The position numbers were made by a program, and so were the translations under genes. Source: Syntrophales bacterium (GTDB lineage: Bacteria; Desulfobacterota; Syntrophia; Syntrophales; UBA2210). From it: a stretch of DNA of 64,000 bases. Positions 9,048 through 17,139 of this stretch are shown piece by piece (positions within the stretch are counted from its first letter, which is position 1; each line of letters begins with the position of its first letter). The DNA is taken from contig CAXXNF010000002.1 of assembly GCA_963666365.2 (NCBI GenBank), positions 2,208,001 through 2,272,000 of the forward strand. The letters are read 5' to 3'. The notes beneath the pieces were generated by a model. It was given only the letters and a program-made list of their open reading frames with translations, did no database searches and was not told the DNA's origin.

Positions 9048-10172
9048 CTAAAAGATCACCCGAATCTTTTCTTTGTCTATTTTCAGCCCGTATCTGGTAT
9101 CGGGCCGCTTGCCGGACGATTTGATTTCAAGGTCGTTGAGGGCGGATCTTCCGAAGGCCTTTTGCAGGGTCTCCTTGATTCTTGATTTGTAAGAGGTAAA
9201 GTTTGTAATGTCGATGGCGGTGATGCCCCCTTTTTTCATGGCCTTGAAATCACGATATGCCGCAATTCTTTTGTAGAGGTCGGCTATTTCACTACTGCGC
9301 TCCTCGACTTCCAGCGTGCCCAGATAGCATTCGGTGCAGCCTTTGCAGGTGCGGCGTTCTTTTTTGCACTGTTTCTTTTGAAGCGCAAAAAAAGCGTACA
9401 GGGCAAGTCGTGCCGGCATCATGTCCAGTTCTCTCTTCCTGTAGATGATCTTGGCTGCATCCAGGTCGATTATTAATTTTTCAGATTCTTCTTTTACCAG
9501 CGAGAGCATCAGCGTGGCGGGATCTTTCGGTTCTTTCAGCATCCCCTCGGACAGCTTGTCCCGTATGGAAACGAAGGGAATGGGAACGAGGGTAACGGCG
9601 GCGTATTTTGTCTCCTTTACATAGGGCGTTCCTCTGTCGTCTTTCAGCTCTATGGCTTGGGATTCGGGCGGAGGATAAAAGAAATCCCTGTTGCTCTCGT
9701 ATTCGGGTGATACCAGGACATGATACACGCGGTCCTGCGGCCTGCCGTAAAACTGGGCCGCCACCATAAGACAGGCACTCATGGTTTTTCTTCCGCCGGC
9801 AATGGAAAATAAGACCGCCGTATCCGGATCTTGTGTAAAACGGAATGTCAGGTCAAGGCAGGTTTCAAGAAGGCGCTCGTTTTCTTCTTCGCCTTCGATA
9901 TCGTCGATCTCTATGCCGTTTATATCGGTGACGGTGTGGATTTGATCGAAATCAAAGGCTATGGTGCGCGGATCGATGCCGTAATCGTTAAGATATCGCC
10001 GATACTGTCCGTCCGCCGGAGAGAGAAGATGGGCGTTGATCATCTCCTTTCCCCTGCGGGTCGTGATCACGTGAATGGCATCGATGCGCCGCTGTTCCTG
10101 GTGAAGGGCGTACAACGTTTCAGTAATCACCTGGGGTGTCATACCGGATACGGCAAGAAGAATCGCTTTCAT
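9048..10172 (-). CDS. CARF protein of NE0113/TIGR02584 type (putative ring nuclease or cOA sensor) with Cys cluster and C-terminal winged-HTH-like domain
   Basis: Start MKAILLAVSGMTPQVITETLYAL overlaps the cas6 stop (ATGA); SIAGGRKTMS, QDRVYHVLV; CKKERRTCKGCTEC; C-terminal YGLKID. Confidence 0.88.
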   Translation of the reverse strand: MKAILLAVSGMTPQVITETLYALHQEQRRIDAIHVITTRRGKEMINAHLLSPADGQYRRYLNDYGIDPRTIAFDFDQIHTVTDINGIEIDDIEGEEENERLLETCLDLTFRFTQDPDTAVLFSIAGGRKTMSACLMVAAQFYGRPQDRVYHVLVSPEYESNRDFFYPPPESQAIELKDDRGTPYVKETKYAAVTLVPIPFVSIRDKLSEGMLKEPKDPATLMLSLVKEESEKLIIDLDAAKIIYRKRELDMMPARLALYAFFALQKKQCKKERRTCKGCTECYLGTLEVEERSSEIADLYKRIAAYRDFKAMKKGGITAIDITNFTSYKSRIKETLQKAFGRSALNDLEIKSSGKRPDTRYGLKIDKEKIRVIF

Positions 10173-11122
10173 GTGTCCTCTCTTGAAATGCGCAGTTTTC
10201 CCAGACCGAAGGTGGTCTGCTTCCCCAGGTGCACTAATTCGGCAATTCGAAGGAGGGGCAGAAATTCGGCGAGTGCGCCGCTGTATCCTATCGCACCGCT
10301 TATGCCTCCCATAAACATCGCCTGATCCTGCTTGTTCGAATAGCGCCGCCAGTCGGTCCACTCAATCTCATCCAGTGAAACACAAACTTCTTCGGCCCTT
10401 TTAGCAAGGCCGCGATAGTCAAGAGAAGGCTCTCCTGTGCCGTATGAATCAAAAAGCGACGAAATCCGGCGCAAGGCCGCACGGATCAGTACATGGAAGG
10501 GCAGCCGGGATTCCAGCCTGTTGTCAAACTTGAGACGCAGCGGCGTTTCCAGGATCAGCTCAATGCGGTTAGTGGAGCTGTCATCTGCTTTTTGAAAATC
10601 TTCCAGGTGAAGGAATCGGGAGAACGCACCCTCGGCGATTTTCTGCTCCTGCCGCGTATATATAGTGCGGCTGTCTTCGGCGTGCACGGCAGCCAGTTCA
10701 AAACCGGGGCGTTTTCCATTTATTTTTTTGCCGATGCCGATATTCCCCATCTGTTCAATGGCGTAGATAAAATAGGGCAGATAGTCGTTGCTTTCACCGA
10801 AGAGAACAAGCGAGAAATCGAATGATTCACTTTGCTTGTAGATTCGTTTTGTGTCGAGATCCGGCTCGATCACATAGGGGTGGGGCGGTGAGACGATTCG
10901 TTTCCTGGCGCCATCCGGAAAATCGAAAGGCGGAACTTCAAAGGTGAGTGAATAGATGCATTTCTTTCTTAACAGACAGGTTTCGCAGTCCTGCCGTTTC
11001 AGGGCGCAGACCACTTGCTTGAGGGCAACGCCGAAAACGCCTCTGAATGTGGACCCCTTGTAGGGGGGCAGCAGCGCTTCGCTTTTTACTACGCAACAAA
11101 ACCGATATTTTCCGTAACGCAT
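10169..11122 (-). CDS. cas6: Cas6 pre-crRNA endoribonuclease (Cys-motif subfamily)
   Basis: YKGSTFRGVFG, CALKRQDCETCLLRKKCIY, PHPYVIEP, glycine loop HLGKQTTFGLG; RBS AAGGAG before ATG 11122. Confidence 0.92.
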   Translation of the reverse strand: MRYGKYRFCCVVKSEALLPPYKGSTFRGVFGVALKQVVCALKRQDCETCLLRKKCIYSLTFEVPPFDFPDGARKRIVSPPHPYVIEPDLDTKRIYKQSESFDFSLVLFGESNDYLPYFIYAIEQMGNIGIGKKINGKRPGFELAAVHAEDSRTIYTRQEQKIAEGAFSRFLHLEDFQKADDSSTNRIELILETPLRLKFDNRLESRLPFHVLIRAALRRISSLFDSYGTGEPSLDYRGLAKRAEEVCVSLDEIEWTDWRRYSNKQDQAMFMGGISGAIGYSGALAEFLPLLRIAELVHLGKQTTFGLGKLRISREDT

Positions 11123-11559
11123 GATGTTTCGCTCCTTCTTTAAAGACAGCTTGAGTCTTCGGGATAACAAGGAACTCTAACAAACACAAAAGAAGCAACG
11201 TTGCAGCAACTACTTTCAGTAATTTATCCCTGAATGTGCGATGTTTTCGCGAAAAGCACATGCCATACTGCGTAACGATAAAAAGAACCTAACTATGCCA
11301 CCATTAAAAACATGACGGTTATCAGTATTGATCGTTTGTTGGAAGGAGGGCGTGGCGATGAGAAAGAGAAGTAGGTTTCGGGATGACCATTCACCCTCTT
11401 CAAGTTCCATATTTTATATACTGTGCTGCATATTTGTGCAAGGTTAATGAAGAAAAATTTATGAAGGCGTGTTTTTGGGCACTTTACCAACGGGTTTCAT
11501 TCTCCAATGTATTTACATTTTCAAACATACAAACGAAAATTCCATATGCCCATAATGAG

Positions 11560-11970
11560 AAGAAAAAGAACAGGGTGATGAAAATTTATTATCATCCTTA
11601 CAGTGAAAGACTTACCAATGTAGTAGAGGAAGAACTGAAAAGGAATGGATCAGCCCTCATAATTGATTGTCACAGTTCTCCTTCAGTACCGTTGCTTATG
11701 AGATAGATCAGAATCCTGAAAGGCCAGCTATCTGCATTGGAACCGATACCGTTCACTCTATGCCTGAACTTGTTGATACCATCATATCAAGGGTAAAAAA
11801 CCATCATCTATTCACTGAAATCAATAGACCCTTTGCCATTACCATATAGAAATACATCGCAAACTGTACATGAATGAAAATACTGGTCAGAAATCTGGAA
11901 ATTACAATGAGATAAAGGTAAAATTGGAATATCTGACAGACGGACGGATTACATTTTGCAATGGCAGATA
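11560..11970 (+). pseudogene. N-formylglutamate amidohydrolase remnant, frameshifted and 5'-truncated
   Basis: Fragments in different frames: YYHPYSERL..ALIIDCHS, RPAICIGTD..EINRPFA, IEIHRKLYMNENTG. Confidence 0.7.
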
Positions 11971-12023
11971 ATTGAAAACCTTGCTCATGCGAAAAATTAC
12001 CAGTGATCATGGGAGGAAAGAAT

Positions 12024-12563
12024 ATGACCTTTAAATTCAAATCTGCATCAGAGAATGAATATATTGTGTATGGAGCCCAAAGACCGGGTTATCCCTCGCG
12101 ATCAGTGAATAATGAGAGTGTTCAGGATTGGATTTCCTTCATGAAGGGAAACAAAATAAAGAGGATCTGTTGCCTTCTCGAAGAAAAACAACTCAATTAT
12201 TACAGTGATGATTTGCTTGACACCTATAAGAAAGAATTTGGCAACAACAACATTTGCTGGGTACCAGTGGTGGACTATCATTTGGCAGATATAAGCACTT
12301 TGAAAGAGAAGATTCTTCCTTTTCTAGGAGATTCAGATGCCAAACAGGAACGAGTGGTTGTACATTGTTCAGGTGGAAGTGGAAGAACAGGTCATGTTCT
12401 TGCTGCATGGCTGGTATATGGTAGGGGATTTGAGGTTGAAGATGCTCTTTCAGAAGTGAATAAAAGGGAGAGAGATCCCAGGGAAGCAGTAAATTGTGGA
12501 AATGCAACTGAGAACCAGTTATACGAACTATTAAATAAGTGCAGGATTAATAGGCAGGATTGA
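12024..12563 (+). CDS. Dual-specificity/tyrosine protein phosphatase
   Basis: CX5R loop VVVHCSGGSGRTG; PVVDY acid loop; RBS GGAGG. Confidence 0.88.
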   Translation: MTFKFKSASENEYIVYGAQRPGYPSRSVNNESVQDWISFMKGNKIKRICCLLEEKQLNYYSDDLLDTYKKEFGNNNICWVPVVDYHLADISTLKEKILPFLGDSDAKQERVVVHCSGGSGRTGHVLAAWLVYGRGFEVEDALSEVNKRERDPREAVNCGNATENQLYELLNKCRINRQD

Positions 12564-12628
12564 GAATCCGAAACTGGCAAACCTTATCAGTTCAGCATTC
12601 TTTCTGCCCCTTCAAAGGGGGAGTTATT

Positions 12629-14119
12629 TTATAATGTAATCATCTCTCTCAATCTATCCACAATCCGAACCATTCCCATTGTATCTAATTTGCAGTATTC
12701 CAAGAGCGCTTTTCTAATACCATCAACTTCCTTTGGGTCTAATGATTGATTCATTTTATCATATGCCACCATTGCCATGCCACCTTCACTGATTTCCATG
12801 TTGCTGTAGTTCAAATCAGGGACAAGGGCTGGTAAAACATATTTGATGGAATAGGAACCACACATTTCCCAGAAATAGCAGTCCCTGTTTCTGAAGGGAA
12901 TCATGAGATCCATCATATTGCCGATTATAGCTTCCATTTTTCCTGAATATTTGGGAAACCATTCTGCAAGATCTCGTAATCGTCCAGATTCAAAGGATCT
13001 GTTGTAGACAATAACGCAGGCATTATCAGGTATTTCTTCCGTGAGACGTTTTGCAATAATTTCCCTTGGATCGGTATTAGGAAAAGCCAGAAACTCCCGA
13101 TGTAAAAGCTCTCCTCTCTCATATTCCTGATAATGCAATGAGTATTGAAAAGGGACTTGCTGATAGGGTCTCAGTCCGTCAAAAGGTGGAATGGCCATCA
13201 TAAAGGTTTCAAAATCAAGATAACAGAGGGGATACCAGAGCGATTCCAGGAAGTGCCTGATTTTATCCGTATCAATATGATGCCTCTTTTGCAGCGTATA
13301 TTCCAATTGCATGTGCTGCTTAACATTCAGAATATCAGGGGGGATCTCCTCCATGTGAATGATGCCCTGATTGTAAAGATCGAATTTATTTACTCCCTTT
13401 CCACGAAGACTGAAGACGGAATTTTCGGGTATATGACTCCAGCAGTGGCCTTTGAAATCACACCCATATGGATTGTCACAGTATGGACCAATATCGATAT
13501 CAGGCATTTTCCCTGAAAGCATATCCTGCTGGTTTCGAATCTCATCAGCCACAAACTGCTGTTTTGCTATAATATCTTTGGTTACGTCTTTGACAGTAAA
13601 AAGCTCATAAACATCGATTGCGCCATTTCTTACATATTGATTATTTATGTGAACGAGAAAGACTTTCGAAACAGGAAGGCCTGCAGCAGTCATAACATAG
13701 TACTGAAAGGCAACATCATGATAATAGATCTCTTCCATCTTTGTTGAAGCTTTCACTTCATAGATTTCCCAACCCTGATCACCTTTTCGAAGTATGTCAA
13801 CCTTGCAAAAGAGACCCCGATAGCTAAAAGCGGCTTCATAGATAATTGTAGTTCCATTTGTTATTTCTGCATGGGTCTGCCGGATCTGATTTGCCAGTGG
13901 ATTATTGTCATACGTAATTTCTATTCCTCCGGGGAATAGATTCCGGGCCATGATTCCAACATCCTTCCCACTTTGAAAAACAGCTTCCTGGCTTTCGGAA
14001 ATTTCATCTCTCAGTTCAGGTTGATATTTGTGAAGATATAATGATTTGTGACATTGGACGCCTTTAATGAACTGGCTTTTACTTAGATAAAGGATTTTGC
14101 TGTTTTGTGTCGCAGGCAT
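12629..14119 (-). CDS. DUF2779-type protein: Cas4-like PD-(D/E)xK nuclease plus RNase H-like exonuclease domain
   Basis: LSKS..QCHKSLYL, KVDIL..IYEVKAST, DVAFQ, CDNPYGCDFKGHC; C-domain YLDFET, YNRSFE, YSIKYVLP, YCKLDT. Confidence 0.85.
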   Translation of the reverse strand: MPATQNSKILYLSKSQFIKGVQCHKSLYLHKYQPELRDEISESQEAVFQSGKDVGIMARNLFPGGIEITYDNNPLANQIRQTHAEITNGTTIIYEAAFSYRGLFCKVDILRKGDQGWEIYEVKASTKMEEIYYHDVAFQYYVMTAAGLPVSKVFLVHINNQYVRNGAIDVYELFTVKDVTKDIIAKQQFVADEIRNQQDMLSGKMPDIDIGPYCDNPYGCDFKGHCWSHIPENSVFSLRGKGVNKFDLYNQGIIHMEEIPPDILNVKQHMQLEYTLQKRHHIDTDKIRHFLESLWYPLCYLDFETFMMAIPPFDGLRPYQQVPFQYSLHYQEYERGELLHREFLAFPNTDPREIIAKRLTEEIPDNACVIVYNRSFESGRLRDLAEWFPKYSGKMEAIIGNMMDLMIPFRNRDCYFWEMCGSYSIKYVLPALVPDLNYSNMEISEGGMAMVAYDKMNQSLDPKEVDGIRKALLEYCKLDTMGMVRIVDRLREMITL

Positions 14120-14219
14120 TCTCCCACCTAGAGATACATCTTAAATTCGGATTTTTTTGATGGTATGTCTATGCCGATTCCAATAGGACTTCAAAATATT
14201 CGAGATTCTTTTTTGCCCC

Positions 14220-14390
14220 TTAATACTGTTGTGGGGCCATGAAATCCTGGAATTCTGAATAGAACTTATCAACCAGATTCCTGTAATCCTGCATTGCCAA
14301 CACTACTTCCACCGCATCGGAACTTTCCAGTCGTTGCTCAATATATCTCAAGTTACGGAATATGGAAAAGATCCGATTAGGTGGTTCCAT
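14220..14390 (-). CDS. Small hypothetical protein (56 aa)
   Basis: RBS GGAG then MEPPNRIFSIFRNLRYIEQRLESS...; co-oriented between neighbours; below the ORF track cutoff. Confidence 0.4.
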   Translation of the reverse strand: MEPPNRIFSIFRNLRYIEQRLESSDAVEVVLAMQDYRNLVDKFYSEFQDFMAPQQY

Positions 14391-14402
14391 TTATGTCTCC
14401 GA

Positions 14403-14567
14403 TTACTTCATCGATTTTCTTATCCTCAGGATTTCTTCCAGAAGTTCCTCTTTCGTGATGATCCCCTTCTGATCAAGGAGATTGACCAGTGCTTCCGTCT
14501 GGATCACTTCCGAGACAAGGAGTTCCTTGAAGTCCACAGTTTCTTTTTTATTGAGTTTTTCTGCCAT
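14403..14567 (-). CDS. Small hypothetical protein (54 aa)
   Basis: MAEKLNKKETVDFKELLVSEVIQTEALVNLLDQKGIITKEELLEEI; plausible RBS GAGGG. Confidence 0.65.
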   Translation of the reverse strand: MAEKLNKKETVDFKELLVSEVIQTEALVNLLDQKGIITKEELLEEILRIRKSMK

Positions 14568-14605
14568 TAGGGTCCCTCTTTGAATGGGATCATACAAGGT
14601 TATTT

Positions 14606-15442
14606 CTATTGGAAGTGTGCTTCAATCCATGACCTGTCTATTGCATTTTCAATCTTGTCTTCAAAGTCATCGGGAAGATCTCTCAAGAAATCAAGGCCGA
14701 TTCTTGCTTCGATATCGTCAATGGTGCAGAGATGGTCAATCACTCTGTCATTTCTGGGAGTGTTCTGATCGAATATAAAACTTGCCGTTCTTATGGAATT
14801 GTAGTCCTTCTCAGGCTGTATAACGATTATCTTCCAGTACCCTGATGGGACTTTGTGGGGTTCATCTGCTTCCGGTAATGGAGCAGTTTCTTTTTCATAT
14901 AAAGGTCCTGTCATGACATAGACAACATTACCTGCATTTACCAGTTCCCGTTCCATGTCTTCCAGTATACGCCAGGGGCCTTGATTGAGATCCGATTTCT
15001 GGGGTGTGATATTGGAAAGGTAGTTCGTTTCAGACCAGGAGGCAGTTCCCTTGAATGATGCCAATGGTGCCTGATGACCTCTATCGACCTTGAGCGCAGC
15101 ATAAGCACTTTTGTAATCCGAAGGTTCGAGAGTCTCCTTTTCATCAAGCCATGGATCAGCCTGCCATTTTCTGGTGGTCTTCACATCACCCATGATGGTT
15201 TGTTTATCGATACGATAGACTACCCAGTCTGCAAATTTGGTATCATCGTTTGATGAGAGGGCATAGTTGTCTCTGATGATAAGATCATTGCTGAATGGGG
15301 TGCCGGTGGGATATCCATAGATGAAGTGTTTGCAATGAATCTCAGGATAGTCAGCAGCATGGCTGACGGGAAAAAGGGAGAAAACGAGAATGAAAATTAA
15401 CAGAATCGTATGAAGTATTAGAGGAAGAGGTTTCTTCGGCAT
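14606..15442 (-). CDS. Secreted DNA/RNA non-specific endonuclease (NucA/EndoG-like)
   Basis: Signal peptide ending SHA; DRGH motif, NYLSNITPQ..LNQGPW..LE, VPSGYWK. Confidence 0.92.
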   Translation of the reverse strand: MPKKPLPLILHTILLIFILVFSLFPVSHAADYPEIHCKHFIYGYPTGTPFSNDLIIRDNYALSSNDDTKFADWVVYRIDKQTIMGDVKTTRKWQADPWLDEKETLEPSDYKSAYAALKVDRGHQAPLASFKGTASWSETNYLSNITPQKSDLNQGPWRILEDMERELVNAGNVVYVMTGPLYEKETAPLPEADEPHKVPSGYWKIIVIQPEKDYNSIRTASFIFDQNTPRNDRVIDHLCTIDDIEARIGLDFLRDLPDDFEDKIENAIDRSWIEAHFQ

Positions 15443-15602
15443 CGGGTTTCGGGATTCTTTTTTTTTTGAGTGTATCCCTTTTCAGGCGTGACTTCAAAAG
15501 ATTTTCTCTGTTTACTGTTGATTTAAAGGAGTAATTATCTCATAGTGATTTTCCTTCATATCAGATTTGAGCAACACCATTTTTTGATAAAGGATTATTC
15601 TT

Positions 15603-15953
15603 ATGTGGCTCATGACAAAATACGGCTTTTACTCGATCGTTCAAAAACAGCTTGGTGAATTCCATGTAAGGGCAAGAGAAAGAAAGGACCTGGAAAACCT
15701 GGTTCAGGAAATTCCTTTATCAGATGCAGAGATCCTGGAAAGCAAAACCACTGACTATGCCTATCGAATAATTGTGAAAAAAGAGGATGTGTTGGCCATA
15801 TTGCATTTTCTTGGGGAAAATCTTGACTACGATAACTTTAAAGACAAGATTGACAGGACTCCAGATCAGAAGCATAAGCCCTATCATAAAGTCTGGGGTG
15901 TCATAGCTGACGTCTTGGGAGCATATGGGTCAAAACCAAAGTGGCAAAGATAA
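15603..15953 (+). CDS. Conserved hypothetical protein
   Basis: MWLMTKYGFYSIV..VRAR..DY.YR..LDYDNFK; RBS AAGGA. Confidence 0.75.
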   Translation: MWLMTKYGFYSIVQKQLGEFHVRARERKDLENLVQEIPLSDAEILESKTTDYAYRIIVKKEDVLAILHFLGENLDYDNFKDKIDRTPDQKHKPYHKVWGVIADVLGAYGSKPKWQR

Positions 15954-16015
15954 ACATAATCGGAGGAATCTGATTTTCTATTCATGCTGATATGGAATCT
16001 GAGATTCAACGTAAT

Positions 16016-16741
16016 ATGAAAATCCTGACTTGGAATTTGAATCACAGGACTAGGTCGAGAACAGTTCCACCACAAATAACAACCGTAATAAAAGATCTGG
16101 GAGCAGATTTTGCTGTTTTTACGGAATATGTAGAAGGCAAATCCCACAAAGATTTTATTCGTGAATTAGAAGACATCGGACTTCCTCATGTTATTAGTAC
16201 AAACCATATAGAGGGAGAAAATCAGGTCCTCATTGCTTCCAGACACCGCATAAGAAATGGAAATATCAATCCTCCTGCAATCGCCCCTTCTGTTCCGTCC
16301 AATATGCTGCATGTCATCTGTGAAGATAAAGGATTTGAAATTCTTGGTCTCAGGATACCTGATTATAGTAGACAGCCCTCTCTCCGTTACAAGTGCTGGG
16401 AATGGATACTTGAATGTGCTGAATCTGTGAAATCTCATCCCTTTATTATGATAGGGGACTTCAATACAGATCCCACATATCCCAGTTCAAAATGTGGAGA
16501 TAGAATAAAGGATATGGTTCACTCAGGCTGGCATCATGCAATGCCCCCAAATGGTTCAAGTTACCAAGGACCCACTGGATTTGAAAAAAGACTTGATCAT
16601 GGATTCTTTACCGAACATTTTAAAATTCAAGCAGCCGAATATGTGAGGAAAGTAAATGGGATTACTCTGATGGGAGAAAAGGGAGCTTTATCGGATCATG
16701 CTGCTCTTCTCATTGAATTTTCGTTGAGAGATCTGAGTTAA
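16016..16741 (+). CDS. Endonuclease/exonuclease/phosphatase (EEP) family protein
   Basis: MKILTWN, FTEY, IGDFN, RLDH, SDH motifs; an alternative start at 15992 is possible. Confidence 0.88.
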   Translation: MKILTWNLNHRTRSRTVPPQITTVIKDLGADFAVFTEYVEGKSHKDFIRELEDIGLPHVISTNHIEGENQVLIASRHRIRNGNINPPAIAPSVPSNMLHVICEDKGFEILGLRIPDYSRQPSLRYKCWEWILECAESVKSHPFIMIGDFNTDPTYPSSKCGDRIKDMVHSGWHHAMPPNGSSYQGPTGFEKRLDHGFFTEHFKIQAAEYVRKVNGITLMGEKGALSDHAALLIEFSLRDLS

Positions 16742-16758
16742 TTTTTAAAAAGGGGAAC

Positions 16759-16783
16759 AAAAGCGCAGACTCTGCGTTTTTTT
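16759..16783 (+). terminator. Intrinsic terminator
   Basis: AAAAGCGCAG-act-CTGCGTTTTTTT after the EEP gene. Confidence 0.65.
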
Positions 16784-17139
16784 ATTTCCCTGTGCATGTA
16801 TAATGATTTTCCGTTGATTCCAAGGGCGAACTGTCGTATAGTTACATGCACAATAGCCACACCATTAAAGATAGTTAAGAATCTCAATCTGTTATTCGGG
16901 GAAATACATGCATCCTTCCATTAACATGACGTGTCGTCGATTTGAACACCTCAGGTCAGCCAGCGCACGTTACCCCAATACCTGGCGCATGCCCTCATAT
17001 TCGATGGGCACCTATTTTTTCCCATTGACAACATATTCATACGTATTATGTTTTTTAAAATTACTTGTTATTTTTAATAGGTATCATGGCAGCTGTGAAG
17101 AAAGCTCCGCTTAGCCTCACTATTCTCAGGAGGTGTCAC

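Noticed and set aside
10173..10361. Extended N-terminus of the CARF ORF in the track
   Set aside because: Overlaps cas6; the CARF fold starts at MKAILL (10172), coupled to the cas6 stop
15458..15467. 10-T homopolymer upstream of the secreted nuclease as a phase-variation tract
   Set aside because: Non-coding in AT-rich context with no clear promoter spacing role
11383..16741. Integron cassette array
   Set aside because: Genes are in mixed orientation; no RYYYAAC...GTTRRRY attC sites or integron integrase seen
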